Assembly: GCF_036321535.1 (NCBI RefSeq)
Contig: NC_087437.1
Coordinates: forward strand, 46,936,001-47,000,000
From: Camelus dromedarius
Lineage: Eukaryota
Reading direction: 5' to 3'
DNA: 64,000 bases
Both the position numbers and the translations under genes were made by a program. Positions 1 to 13,611 of the stretch are shown here, piece after piece; position 1 is the stretch's first letter, and every line of letters begins with the position of its first letter. The notes under the pieces are model-generated. The model did no database searches. It had not been told where the DNA came from and saw only the letters and a list, made by a program, of their open reading frames with translations.

Positions 1-240
1 GTCTTTGTTACCTCTTCCAGATCCTGATTTCAATTATTTTGGATAAATATCCAGAACTAGGATTGCTGGATTATATTACAGCTCTATTTTTATTTTTATT
101 TTTATTTTTTTTAGAAAACACCACACTGTTCTCCATAAGTGTTGCCCCATTGTGTTTCCACTAGCAGAGTACAAGGGTTCCAGTCTCTCCATATCCGCAC
201 CAACACTTACAACCTTTTGATTGTGGGTAACATTCACAAT
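1..240 (-). mobile_element. L1 LINE fragment (3' end of ORF2 region), antisense
   Basis: 'ttttggataaatatccagaactaggattgctggattatat...ccacactgttctccata...tttccactagcagagtacaagggttcc' is the reverse complement of the conserved end of L1 ORF2. Confidence 0.85.
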
Positions 241-249
241 GTTATGGCC

Positions 250-750
250 CTCTGTACGTAGTGGAAGACTGCCCAAACAATCTCAGTGATATCCGGCCCT
301 TGAAGACTAATGAAGCCTGGAAAGAATCACACTGTTGTGGTACTGTGATAGCCAGTGCCCTGCCCCCCCACCCCCAACGAGGGTTGAATGTAAGTGTTCC
401 CAAGACCTCTGTGGCTCCCTGCAACCTACTTTAATGCCTGGGCTTTAAGCTGGGGGAGTGTGGGCTTGCTGAAGACCAGCCCCTCACCATGAGGAGGGTT
501 TCTTATGATTCTAGTCATCACTGGGAGGCACAAGGTGGGAGGGGGAGCAATACTGGATCACTGTGAGGAGTGTGACCCTCAAGCAACTCCTGCCCCTGCC
601 CCTCCTCCCCATATGAACTGCATGAGAAGTCAAAAAAACTGTGTGTGGCAGGCATTTGCAAAAGAGGAGCTCTTCCTTGCAAGAGATGTTAATCTGTGAT
701 CAATAAAAGTGAAAGGGCCTCTTCCCTAATATTTAAGTGGAACCTAATAG
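250..750 (+). mobile_element. possible ancient LTR-like element (subfamily uncertain)
   Basis: GC-richer block with AATAAA at ~702. Resembles old mammalian Gypsy-type LTRs from memory only. Confidence 0.3.
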
Positions 751-819
751 GTAAATCTATGCACCCCTTTCTCATGTCCTGCCACAAAATGGTGAACCTC
801 AAATATTCAGTTCACTTAC

Positions 820-1145
820 TACACCCTCTGCAAAAAATACTCTTCCCTTTCTTACCCCTTTTTCTTATTTAGCTGGTTAAACATTCTCCTTTTAAAGCCC
901 CAATTTAAACATCTCCAGTATCTGACTCTCTAAGGCAACAGTTACCCTCATTTGTATTCATATACTACCCTGCTTCTATCTCACTTTGCATTTTAGTTAT
1001 CACTAACTATCTATGCTTCCCCAACATTACAAAACCCTCTGTGATCAAGACAACATATGCAATAGAGAGATTTATATTTGTGTCCTAACCTAAGGCCTGA
1101 CTCATTATAGAAATGCAATATATGTTTAGCAAACAAATTAAATAA
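820..1145 (+). mobile_element. L2 3' fragment
   Basis: Degenerate L2 3' end: 'cctaacctaaggcctgactcattatagaaatgcaatatatgtttagc...'. Confidence 0.55.
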
Positions 1146-1629
1146 TCTGTATCAAGTGTACCAAACTTGAGAAATTCCCCCAAATCTCAGAGATCTAGTC
1201 AGCATCACAGAAGTGGTAAACCTCACAGATAATTATGGTTTCCTTTCAGACGTGTGCATTGGCCAAGGATCCTCGAAGCCCAATCACCAGCTATCATCTT
1301 AAGATAAAACATAGCACATTTCATGATAAAATACTTTATTTTGAGGCATGTTTATTATATAATGGAATCTCTACTGATACGATGGTTTAGAACTGTGTTC
1401 TCACAAAATAAAATAGGACAAGGAATAAAGAAATGCACAGTTTTGACAATCCAAGTTAATGACCCAGATTCCTTTTATTACTAGACACACAGCACTTCAT
1501 CACTCAGTAAGTGCTGTAGAAAGAGACACCTGACGAGATCTGATGTCAAAAGAGGCCAGCTGGCCAGTGTTTCAGCTTCAGATTTTCCCAGGATCCTTAA
1601 CCAGTTCAGAGAGTGTTTAATAAATAATA

Positions 1630-1830
1630 CTAGTTATTTAGCACTTGGTGTCTCCAAAGCTCTTTAAAACACTAAATAATCAATCATGTCCCAACTCCCT
1701 GTGAGATGGGAGAGAATTATCATTCTGCCTTTACAGATGGAATATTTGAAATGTAAAATAGCATATTCAAGGCCAGACAGGAACTCAGCACCATGATTAA
1801 ATAAAAACTCTGAGTTCCCAACATCCAAGC
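1630..1830 (-). mobile_element. MIR SINE
   Basis: Antisense MIR core: 'caactccctgtgagatggg...attatcattctgcctttacagatgg'. Confidence 0.6.
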
Positions 1831-2974
1831 CTTGGCAAAGGAATTTGTCACATTGCCTTTTTATAGAGAAAGCATGGAAACCCAGGGGGGGATGCAGAAG
1901 ATAGAACTATGAATTTTAAAGCAATACGGAAATCTATTTCATTTAGGCTGAAGTTAATATGTAATCATTGCAATTCCTCCTCCTTCTGCCCATAAGTACC
2001 TGGCTGTCAGACCAGCAATTTAGGTGACTCAAAGGACCAGCACAGGCTGAATAGTGATAGAGGAGGCGAGAGAAAATTTAAGGGTGCAGAGAGGACGAAT
2101 ATTCTCTCACCTGTGCCTTTGGGGAACTCAAAAAAAAAAAAAAACATTAGTGCTCGCAAGGCATTTACCTACTTTGGGTTATTCTATATACTTAGAATGG
2201 AGTTTCATGACCTATGGCAGAATTTTAGAACCAATTTAAGGAAGCTGTTCACCCAGGGAGGCCTTCTTTGCTCTGGGCTCCTGGATTCACATTCCTGGTG
2301 GTATGTGCTTTTATCACTCTGACTCTGTTTAATAACTAGCCAATGAAAAACTAGATGTGTCCCACAAATTAACACCAGACAAGAGTTTGCATCTTGCTTG
2401 CCTCACCGAAGTCAAAGTTCATTTTACAAATTTATCATTGAGAGATCGGAGTTCTGATAGCAAGGTCAGCCTATATCCCCAGGAAGTAATGTACCTTCTG
2501 ACAGACGTGCTCTGGCTTTAATAGCTGATAACAGGGTTGTGGGATAAGGAGAGCATTGGCCATAAATGAAATGTTCTCTTCTGGTCTTCCTCATTTGGTC
2601 ACTATTTGACCTTCAGTGGTTTCTAATTCTGTGAAGTCAGGTGGAGTCACTACCTGCTGAGGGGCAGAGGGAAGAGACCTGAGAGGAAGTCACAGTGGGT
2701 CTCTGTTCAGGTGATTTGCATTATCAAGAAGCCGGGAAGCTGACTCTCCCTGGATAATCCCTCTTGCCTGCTTGCCCGCTTGACACACTTTTACAGTCAC
2801 TAAAGGGAGAAATGGATAAGATGGAGCTGTTGCCTCCAGATGTCCAGCGATGGGATGCTCTATGTGCTGTCTGACCCTTGCTGACACATAAGATAAAGAT
2901 GACAAATGTAAGAGTACACCTTCCATGTTTAGGCGGCATATTTTGCATAGCAATTTCAAGCAGTTTCTTGCAGG

Positions 2975-3140
2975 AGATCCTCCTTACAATCCTGTGAGGG
3001 GAGCAGGACATGGATTATTATCTCTGTTTGTTAGATGAAGAAACTGAGGCCCATTAGAATTTTGTGACTTTCCCAGAGTGGTGTAGGTAGTTAGTGGTTG
3101 AGCCAATAAGGAACTTCAGAACTTCCAATGCCAGCTCCAT
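2975..3140 (-). mobile_element. MIR SINE
   Basis: 'acaatcctgtgagg...attattatctctgtttgttagatgaagaaactgaggc' matches the antisense MIR core. Confidence 0.8.
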
Positions 3141-4914
3141 CTTGTTTCTCTGCCCAGGCATTTTTGTACAATTAGCTACTCATCCTGTTCTTGTCTCCAA
3201 ATCAAAGCAACCTATGTTCAATCCAAATGAGAGAGAGAGAGAGAGATCTAGATAACCTCTTGGGATCCTTTCCAGTGCCAGGTATCCATCACCAAACTGG
3301 TAGCTATAGCTTGCTGAGAACCAACCCAAGAATTTAGGAAATGTATTTTCACATCTTTTCCAGACCATTTTTGAAGGAGTAATAATTGTGGCCTTTTGGT
3401 GGGGACCAAGACATCATACTCCACAAGGAATTATGAATTGTCATAACATTCAATATTTAAATATTTATTCAAGTGCTATGTGCCAGGAGTGAGGAGCTCA
3501 CAGCCTAATAGAGAAGATAGGCACCAAGTGGACAAAGTGCACAATGACTTAATTACAATAATGATATTTAATAAATGACAATGCCCGGGAACTGGCTGAT
3601 ATGTGATGAACTTCTTATCAATAAACAAACCCCAAGTTGTAAGAGAAAATCACAGAAGAAAATAAAGTCCCTTTGGTAGACAGTGATTTTCCCTACTTGT
3701 GGAGTTTACAGAAAAATATACAGCCGTAAGCTATAGAAAAAAAAATCTGAAAAAGGACCCTGTGGCCTCCATGCCACTTGCCCCATCCTAAAGGAAGTAA
3801 GTGTTTTTCCAGACCCTGCTGTCACTCTGGGCAGGTGACTGACTTATAGCTCAGGTGCGCATTTGCCTGCTTAAATCTGCCACTGTTCCAAACAGCTTGC
3901 CATGCTCTATATATAGAGATGATTTCACCCTCTGTTGGAATGCAGCAGCTGTTCAGCAGTGCACACTGATATGCTACAAAGACTTAGGCCATATCTAATT
4001 GAGCACTTCGATATTGCAGAGATAGGCGCCTTGGAAATATTTAGATAAAATGTCTTTGGCCAGATGGCAGCCGGCCAGGACACCAGGATGAAATCTTCAT
4101 CTCACAGAGCTGCCAGTACATCTTGGCAGGGGGCTCCATGGAGGGAGGTGGCATCAGCAGAGATGCTGCTCTGTCCCATCCACCCCTCCTGCTGTAAACA
4201 TGACATAAAGAATAACAGGGAATAAGAGAAATTGGCATTTTGCTGCTTCCTCCTCCTCCCCATGGCAGCCCAAACAGAGCCTACCCTCTGTGAACACAAT
4301 CTGAATGGTAATGGTGCCTATATGTCAGAAAGGCTCCCAGTTTTAAGATTCCCCCATGAGACTGCCCCTCCCCCTACTCCCAGACTTCCAGCCCTGGAAA
4401 ATGGTTAGTGGATACAGTTAGATCAGGTCTTGCCATCCCACTGTTTCTAAATGAATTGGTTGTTCAAAATACTTTTATAAACTTATTTTTAAAGCTTAAC
4501 AATACCTGGAAACATTTCAAAAAGAGATAAAGATTGCAATTAATTTTTAAAATGTGAAAGAAAACCCTTTAAAGCAGACAAAAAATTATTGACCATTTTA
4601 CTACTCTAAAGCAAAAATGAAGATGTAAAGTTTCCCAGTAACATTTTTTTTCATATCCCATAAATCATTCAATAAGTGTTTTTCCAAAAAAACAGGAGAA
4701 AGCTACAGGATGAAATACATACACAGAGGTATCATCTATGTGAAAGGTAAGGGACACTCAGAAGAACAAAACCCAGTGAAGGTTAAGAAAAAATAACAGG
4801 TTAAAGTATATTAAAAAGGCCTGTTGTTACTGACACTAGAAAAAGGTGGAAATTAATTCTCTCCATCAGGAATTACCATTGAGATAAGACAAAAATAACT
4901 GAGATGTAGATTTT

Positions 4915-5100
4915 CAATTATTAGGAACATATTTTGTGACCACATATCCTCATGTATTACCTTTCAGTTCTCACCAAAACAATGTGATAGATATTATCAG
5001 CTCCATTTTAAAGTCAAGGAAAGAAACTCAGAGAGGTTAAATGGCTTATTCCAAGTCCTGGTGTTTGTTTCAGAGTCCAGACCACTTGATTCCAATACCC
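4915..5100 (-). mobile_element. MIR SINE
   Basis: 'attatcagctccattttaaagtcaaggaaagaaactcagagaggttaaatggctt'. Confidence 0.7.
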
Positions 5101-5174
5101 ACCTGACCACTGCCTATTTTTATACAGCCTGGTAGCCTAGACTTTTTTTTTTTTTTTTTTTTTTACTTTCTTCT

Positions 5175-5350
5175 ATAGTTGAAAAAAATCATAAGAGGGA
5201 TAATATTTTATGACAAGAAAATTATATGAAATTCAGATTTTGGTATTTACAAATGAAGTTTCATTGGGACACAGCCCCTCCCATTTTTTAGTATTCTCAA
5301 TGAATGCTTTTGTACAAGGGCAGAGTTGAGTAGCTGTGATAGATATGGAA
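5175..5350. mobile_element. MER58B-like hAT-Charlie MITE fragment
   Basis: 'aaaattatatgaaattcagatttt...aagtttcattgggacacagcc...ggcagagttgagtagctgtgatag' matches MER58 as remembered. Confidence 0.7.
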
Positions 5351-5809
5351 CAATACATGAAAGAAATACAGATAATGACCATCTTCTTGGCTCAATCAAA
5401 TATAAGGTTCGCTAAATGCAACAATATTAGTTCTTTACTTTTAAAGAAGGAAGAGTAGATGAGATCTAGAATACTTAGACTATCACAATGATAATGACAA
5501 AAACTTATGTTAGTATAGGAAGTAAGTTCCTCAAAGAAGGCCTAGTGCTAAAATAAAAGATTTCCTATATTAAAGTAGAGAGATTGACACAATTCACTAC
5601 AGTATACTATATCTTATTAAATTATACCACCCAAACATTCAGAGACTTTTGGTCCAGGCAAAAACTGTGATGCATGGTCCAAGTTTGAATAAGCATACAG
5701 AAACACTAAACAGATTAGTACAAACTCAAGAAATTTAAAACCTATATTCATTTTTTGTTATGTATTTTCACTTTGCAAACATTTATAATTTTATGCCCAA
5801 GGTACTGTT

Positions 5810-6700
5810 TAAGGTGAGGCATCAGATTATGCCATGCCAAGGGGCCTGGTTTTATCCTACAGTGATGGAGAACCATTGAAGACTTTTAAATATGAGAGTG
5901 ACTTGAGGATTCTCTTAGGTAAGTGGTCAGTGGATGAAGAGCAGTCCACAAAGGCCAGAGGTGTGCAGGTAGAAGAGTTGAATAAAATGTCACCAAAGAA
6001 AAAGGATTAGAAATGAAAAGAGGAAGAATATAATTTGTAGTGTCAAATATAGCAGGAAATTCTATATAAGGCAAGAATTGAAAAATATCCATTGGATTGG
6101 TCATTTAGGTCACTGGTGACTTAGTAAGGCCAGTTTCAGAGAAATGGTGAGGCCAGACACTAGACTGCAATGGATTAAAGGGTGAATTAGAAGAGGTAAC
6201 AGATTATTTTTACCAGAGACTTAGAGGACCAGAGGGTAGAGATCCGAGACTTGCTTAATGAAGATGCAAAGACAAGGGTTTTCTTGTTTTCCTTTCTTTT
6301 CTTTTTCCTTTCTTAGGTAAGAAATGCTCAGACATGTTTACCAGCTGAGGAGAATGAGCCAGGAAAAAGAAAGAAAAATAAAAGGTTAAAAATGCAAATT
6401 GAAGAAGCTGTCTAATGGAGCAAGTCTTGGCACAAAGGGGAGAAGATGGGGCCATAAACACTGACAGAATTCAGATTTAAACAAAAAGTGGGATATCCTC
6501 TTTTCTGATGCTAAAAGAGAGGAAGTGATTCTGACGGCAGATATAAACCAGCCTGAAGGGCTTTATGTGAGAGGGACCCTGAGTCTATCATAGCTACGGC
6601 CTTGGTTCTCTAGGTGAAGGAAGCAGGTTCACTGACTGAAAATGAGACGTGGGAGTTGAATGGGGGTTTGGGAAGACCAGTGATTTTTGTCAAATGCAGG
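5810..6700 (-). mobile_element. L2 LINE fragments
   Basis: Purine-rich antisense L2 motifs: 'ggagaaccattgaagactttt', 'ccattggattgg...ggtcactggtgactt', 'agactgcaatggattaaagggtga'. Confidence 0.7.
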
Positions 6701-8019
6701 TACTCCTGCTGTAGAGGCAGGCATCTCCTTTCACTGCTCTCTCGTCACTGTCATTTAAACATCACATAAGCATCCTAGAATCTGAAAAGTGACTTTCTCA
6801 AAGTGACCTTAAATATCTGTTCCTACTCTATCTGATGCTTCTTCATGACTTTCTTTCGTTTTGTCTTTTCTTATATTATTTTCCACCTTCTGCTTATATT
6901 TTATTGTTCCCAAGATTATATCACTTTAGGGAAGTATTTTGTGCATGTAATTCAGTCCTCAACCTCAATCATTGTTTAATTCCCCCTGGACATTCTGTTT
7001 CAGATTATCGTCATTTTATAAGAGCCTTTTTGTGGTTAGAGAGCTCTTTTTTTCAGTTTTATGTGAGATTCGAATTTAAAGGCCTTGTTTTTAAGATCTT
7101 ATCATAAAACAAAAGCCTTCCATTTGTAACATTATACTGACCTCTAGAGTACAAAAGCTTGAATATCATTAACAAAAGAAAATAGCAAGGTAACTGGCAG
7201 GGAAAGCCTTGTTTTTAAAACTCTTGTAATCTTTATTAGGGGAGTACACATTTAGGAGCACACTTCTTTTACTTAAATACATAACCGAAATAAAAAATTG
7301 ATTTTTTTACATGATAATATAGGAAACATACCAAGAGAATCTCTACACAGTCTTAGCCACAATGTAAAATTTTTAGAGCAAGACTGGCATAGAAATAAAT
7401 AGCCATAGCATTCTATTTCACATTTACACAGTGTGTCTTTTCTCTAAAGGGAGTTAAGCTCTTAAATAACAAGACAAGAAAGGAAGAAAAATAGTCCAAT
7501 TTTTTTAGAGATATGAAGAATGGTAGAAAAAAGAGGAGTTAGGAGAGTCATGTAGAATCTAGATTAAATAAAAGAGAAAGCCAGAGAGCTATAAAGTAGA
7601 TTAAAGAACATTATCTGTCTATCCCTCATTTTGTAAGTAAGAAATCAGAGTCCTTAAGAAGCTCTTTATGATTTGCAAACTCAGATCTCCTAGCTCCTAA
7701 TTCACTGTTTTCATTGCATAATGCAGTCTCTCCTATTAGAAAGAGAACTGGGAGGAGAACCACTGAGATTCCTGTTGACAAGAGGTAGTTCCAATGCCAA
7801 TGAGAAAGTTTACCAACGTCCAACTTAAGCTTCATGGCACTCTGTGAAAACATAACTTAAAGAGAGAACTAGGGCTAACCATATGCTTTCTGAACTCAAT
7901 TGCCTCGTAAAGCCCTTTTCCCAAGGCTATGTAGAGATCATGGAAACAGCTTATATACTTCTATACCAGATGCCTCTGGGACAGACCAGGAAATTTCAAG
8001 TGCCATTTAGCTAAAAGGG

Positions 8020-8210
8020 CTAAAACATACCATCTTACTGTACCAAGCATATTTACACACCCATTTAATTTAGTCTTCTCAACAGTCATAAAGCTAAGTA
8101 TTAATATTCCTGTTTTACAAATGAAGTTTTAAAGGAGTTAAATAAAATAGGCTTCACATTTATTTGAAATGGTAACACTGGCATTTGAACCCATGGCATC
8201 TCATTTTAAG
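8020..8210 (-). mobile_element. MIR SINE
   Basis: 'atttaatttagtcttctcaacag...cctgttttacaaatgaag...ggcatttgaaccca'. Confidence 0.65.
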
Positions 8211-9419
8211 TCTCATCTACCCACCTTTCCTTTAGCAGTGAATATCTCTCATTCAGATTATTTCAACAATCAGGCAAGATTTATGAGTAATGATGATTTG
8301 TTTAGTGGTTGAGTTTTGTTTCTTTTCTGAATAATGTTTCATATTTACTAGGCTTGAAATCAGCCACTAGAAGAACTCCTAAACCACTGGGTCATTTATT
8401 GGTCTTGATGGGATACAGGGATGACTATCAACATGAAGTAATTTCCCATGCGTATACCCCAAGGCTGTTCCGGAAGCTTGGCAGTAGGAACCCGTCTTTT
8501 AAAGTGGTGTCAGTCTCAAAGTGAGACATAATTTAAAAGCATATTTGATTTAAGTAAAACCACGGACTGATCTTCCTCATTCTTTCTCTTCAAACATCAG
8601 ATACCACACAGGTCATATCTGTGCACCCATACAGTTACTTCTCCTCACCTGCCAACCCCCAGCATACACATAAACCTTGAAACCATTCATTGCATCCTCT
8701 GACTGGACAACTATGGATGCAGTGTCAACCCTAGGCATGGCCCATCTCATAAAACAATGAATTCTGGTCCTGATCCCTATAAAACCATCTTGCCAAAGTT
8801 CCAGTTTATACTAAAATGTAAGTGACAGACAACAGCATCAATTACTACTTAACACAGAACAATCTATATTTTACAGGTATCAATTAATTTTTAGGCAAAA
8901 GGAAAAAAAATCTACCATGGTGATGGTAGCTCTTCTATGGAGATGACAAACCTTACTGTCATCTTCCACAGGTCAGGCTCTCTCCCATCATCCCAGTGAT
9001 CCCAATGAGGTAGAAGAGCTCTATCCCCAAAATGCCCAAAAGAAAAAAAGATCTTATTTTCCAGGCTGAGAGTTAGAAGACAAAGGAAAAACAAGAATCC
9101 CTCACTCTTCCCCTATACACTTCAGGAAAGAAAGAGAACTACCCAGTTTTGTTGGGTGCCCATTATAGTAACAACTATAATGGTTGTTAACAACTCTCCC
9201 ACGTGTGCTGATTTCCCTCATTTTACTCTTCCCTCAAATCCCGTGATAGAGGTAATTTATACCATTGTAATTTTTCAGAACCACGAAGGGTTTTCAATGT
9301 CAGAGTTGGAAATGGAACTTAAAATGATTGTCACTATTTTCACTGTTGCCACCACCTATATGTGAACTAGTGGGTTCCTCTGCTGATACCTTTGCATCTG
9401 AAAAATCTCAGCACTATTC

Positions 9420-9640
9420 TCCAGAGTATTGGTTCTAGACTCAAGCTGCTTGGGTTCAACCCTAGCTAAACTGGCATGACTCTGGGCAAGGTACTTAACC
9501 TCTCTGAGCCTCAGATTCCTTTTTTGTAAGAAAGGAATGACAACTGTACCTACCTTCTGGGGTTGTTGTGAGGATTAATTGAGATAAACCATATGACATT
9601 CTTAGCAAAAAGGCTCAATAATTTAGATATTATGACCATT
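9420..9640 (+). mobile_element. MIR SINE, near full length
   Basis: 'gggttcaaccctagct...tgactctgggcaaggtacttaacctctctgagcctcag...ggggttgttgtgaggattaattgagata'. Confidence 0.9.
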
Positions 9641-11099
9641 ACTCCCTAGGTCAAAGGTATCTATAGAGTTTTTTTTCACATACCAAGTCTGAGCGGAGTG
9701 GCTTCAGGAACATTGTGCTAAGAATTCACAGGAGGCCTCTGGAGAAAAAGTGCACTGCCTGATGCTGCCCTTGGAGCAGGAATGGATCTGAAGACACCAA
9801 GAGTGCAGTAAATAAGCTGTTCTGGACCTAGATGAAGACTAAATCCCCTAGCATTTTGCACAAATGGTGCTTAAAAAATAAATAAATGATTGAATGAAGT
9901 AAATAGATAACTGAATTAGGGAATCAATATGAGACCTGCCTAGTATGGATCCTATATTAGCTGAACTCAGTCTCAAATTTCCTGACTCCTCTTTCTAAGG
10001 TTCTTAATCACAACTCACAACTTTCTCTAAAACTTCAGTAAACCTCAGAGGAAAGACATTTTAAAAATGCATTATCTTTCTTAGTATACAGGGTAATAGG
10101 ACAAGTGGACTTGAAGCTCTAAAATCCATGACTCTAAGATTGGAACATGCTTTACATCAATCAGTCACTCCAAATGAAACCTATTTATGGGATGTGAGAC
10201 GTGGCATTGTGCGTAGAAGCAGAGCCATGTAGTTCACCCTTAGAACATCAAATATGTGGCTTGTCCACAGTAAGTTCAAGCCAGAGTATTGAGTTTTCAG
10301 TACAAAAATAAAGAACATCTTTTCTAGCCTTCAAGCTTTGTCCTTCCCGTTCTGAAAGGTTGCCCAGTTAGTTTCAGAAGCAGGCATATATTTTTCAAAA
10401 GAGAAAAAAGACCTTTACCCAGAAGATATACAAGTTTCAAACTCGATGTAAATGAAGATTTTAGATGGAAAGGACTTGGGAAAATAAGAGAAGTTAGAAA
10501 AGTCTCTTATGAGTAACTTTAAATAAAATTATTGAAAATGCTATAAAAAATCTAGCAATAAACTGAGCTTTTTGGATAAAAAACAAATCAATAGACTATA
10601 GCTGTAGCTGCGCTTTTTACTTCTTTTTCTAAGACTGAGGAAAAAAACAAATTGTTTCATCTCCATTATTATTTCCTCTACTGTGTGTGCACACCTAGAG
10701 GAGAAAGGTGTTATGGTGTAGGCTGAGGTTCACGAGAGAAGAATGAAAATAATACACTGGGTGGAAATTTATCCAGGAAACATCCAGGAAAGGCAACACA
10801 CATACTTTTGCAAATGGGGTTGAGTACAAAGAGATATAATAAGGCATGTTGTAGGACTGCAAGCCTCACAAAACAGAAAATTATGAGCCATATTTCATTA
10901 TTGACCAAGAAGAGCATCTAGCAAGACTCAGTGACTATTTTGGAATGAGTAAAAGTACCAAAAACACCTAAATCCCACTTTTCAGGGAATATCTGTGGCA
11001 TTAGGTTTCCGTGGAGCACACTTTGGGAAGCTATGGTATATTGCTATTATTGCTATACGAATATGATATTAAATTTCTAGTGATAGGTGAATATAAAAT

Positions 11100-11320
11100 A
11101 ACTACTATTTATATACCTTTTAGGGCTTACCATTCATTTTCATGTGCTTTGGCTCATTCAATTCTCAAAATTACCGTACTAGGTCAATATTAAAATATTA
11201 ATTTCAAAAATATAGACACAAAAGCTAAGAAAAGTTAAATAATTTGCCCAAAGTCTCACAAGTAATTATAGGCCAAGTCAGGACTCAGGCTAGACCTTTA
11301 TGCTTAAATCCTGTGCTATT
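11100..11320 (-). mobile_element. MIR SINE
   Basis: 'aagttaaataatttgcccaaagtctcacaagtaa...ggactcagg'. Confidence 0.65.
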
Positions 11321-11939
11321 TCCAGCAGTGACAGCAGTGACTAAGCAGCAAATATATATATATATTTGGGAATATATAGCAGCTTTCTTTTAAGGAGTAT
11401 AACTATGTTATGGGTGTGGTCTCTTTACTGTCTCAACATTTCGGAAGGGGGACAAGTTACTGCATTTCTATTTTGCAGTGGTCTTTCCTTGGTTGCCCTG
11501 TACATTAGACTCCAAACAATATTTGCTGTTCCTTAAAGAATGCACAGTCTACAGATCCAGTTAAACTGAATGATCCTTTTGTCCGCTGCCTATGGGTTAA
11601 ACTGAACACCCTTGAATGGCTGAAATAACAGTGGACAAATTCGTCCCCTACACTGATGTTATTGACAACATTATTCACCTGCTGAAGGGATGTAGCTCTG
11701 ATCCACTTTAATTACTTGGTGTCAGATCCTACCTCTGGTTGTCAGAGCTCTCCAGGAGGAGAAAGAGATCACTAGGCCACATTTCGAATGATTTTAGTAA
11801 GAACAACACCTGTAATCTTTTAAAAATTAGTAACAAAGTGAAGATTCTTAAGAAAATAAAACTCAAACAGAATTGGCCTAGAAACATTTGAGGATTCTGC
11901 AACTATTCACCAGATGTGTAACAAAAGCCAGTCAGACTG

Positions 11940-12072
11940 ATCTTTCTGTGTATTTAGGCAAACTGCTCCTCATCTCTGGACCCATTTCCCTCTCCTTAAA
12001 ACAAGGGTTCTGATGCCTATTTACCTTGTGGAGTTGTGAAGATTAAGTGAAAGTTGTGGTACTCAGTAAATG
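11940..12072 (+). mobile_element. MIR SINE fragment
   Basis: 'tctctggacccatttccctctcc...gagttgtgaagattaagtga...actcagtaaatg'. Confidence 0.65.
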
Positions 12073-13208
12073 TCCAGGACCCTCTTTGCTTTGTTTCTCG
12101 ATACTCGGGCTCAGCATTTGAGGATACTGTCACTGCATTTCAGCCAAACACCTTCATGTGATGATGAGTTTTGCCTCCAACAGAAATTAAATGCTCTAAA
12201 ATACTACACACTTGGGAAGTGGAGGAGAGGGGACGGAGCGGGAATTTATGTTAGTGGTGATGATATTTTTCATTCTGATATTTAGAGTAGAGACTGGCAT
12301 CCAAAAAGATTTTATAATCTGTCAGTGCTTTGTGTCTAAGATTCTTTGGGTCTCTGAAAGCCATGAGTGTTTAATCTAAATAAGAATCTGAAGCTAGCCT
12401 AGGGAGTCTGAAGCTGAAGGAATCGGTTTTCTTCTCTTTAGGCTCCAGTGGGAACAGGGGAGCCCAACAAACCTTTGCAGAATATTCCCTTTCTCTGATA
12501 GTGCAAAAAAGGCAGAAAAATCAGCAACATGATCTTGAAACCTGAACAGTGACCTTCAGGAAATGTCAAAGTGAGAGTGGCATAGTGACTGTGGAAAGAG
12601 GAGTGTACTCTTATGAATAGGGTTATTTTTCCCCCAAAGCATACTTTGAAACATGAGGTTTAAACAATGAGTTTTGTGATCACAAAACAAAAATCTGATG
12701 CCAAGAGCATAGCATTAAAGGCAAGATGTGCTGAGAATGAGAGAAAATTTAAAATAGACTTATGTGTTTCTTAGGTGTCAATATACATAAGCTTTCCTCT
12801 GATTACAAAGATGATACAATTGCAAAATGCCTATAAAATGGATTCTATACCATTTATTTCTGAACCTCAGAATTTTATATTTTTGTTAATTGAACAATGA
12901 GGAGGTACGTGAAAAGAAATAACAGGTATCATTGTGGGGCTTGCTGTGACATGTTATGCATATTTAACTCACTTTTCTAAGTGGCAAATTCCTTAGTTCA
13001 AGGTAATTAGGATCCTACACAGAACTCATAGTAGAGCATCTTCTATTTCTTTGGGAATACTAGGGGTCAACTCATAGCTAGAATTCATACATGAATGTTT
13101 CTTTTACTTTTTATTTATGTATTATTCAGTTCTCAAGTACAGAGAAAACATTGTTGTTTCTGCCTACCTTAACCCCTAGAAATGAAACTCAAAATGTAAG
13201 AAAAAATT

Positions 13209-13611
13209 TCAAAATATAAATATAGGTTTTGTCAATTTGCAAAGTGATTGCTTTGGTGGTAATAGATTCTCATTAAACTTCAAGCCAAGCCATCTTCTCC
13301 TGACTGAAGTCCCTGAATTAGAGAGTATGAATTTCTGAAGGGGAAGAGAAAATACAGAGAAAGAGCTTCAAACCCAGTAGAGAAGGAAGGAGAGTGTAAT
13401 GCCATTATATCCTTTTTTTTTCATGTTTAACTCTGGTCCTCTTTGGTCAAGGGTTAAAGGCACTTTCTGTAAGTGTTTAGTGTTTCTAAAAGTAAAAGGG
13501 ATGACATAAATTCTCCTCTTTTTAATTATTACAGTGTGAAAGTGCACATTCACAGTGATTTTTACATGGTCAAAAGCCACAGAAAGTCTTTTGCTTTTAG
13601 AAGTATTTACT
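13209..13611 (-). pseudogene. two candidate exons: 13611-13533 and 13334-13209
   Basis: Phase 2-0, then phase 0. The second has a very strong acceptor (ctctttctctgtattttctcttccccttcag|). Both are open: VNTSKSKRLSVAFDHVKITVNVHFHT / KFILSNSGTSVRRRWLGLKFNENLLPPKQSLCKLTKPIFIF*. Confidence 0.27.

Noticed and set aside
13148..13160. 8-nt AG/GT-bounded micro-exon candidate (minus strand)
   Set aside because: Too short to evaluate and expected by chance.
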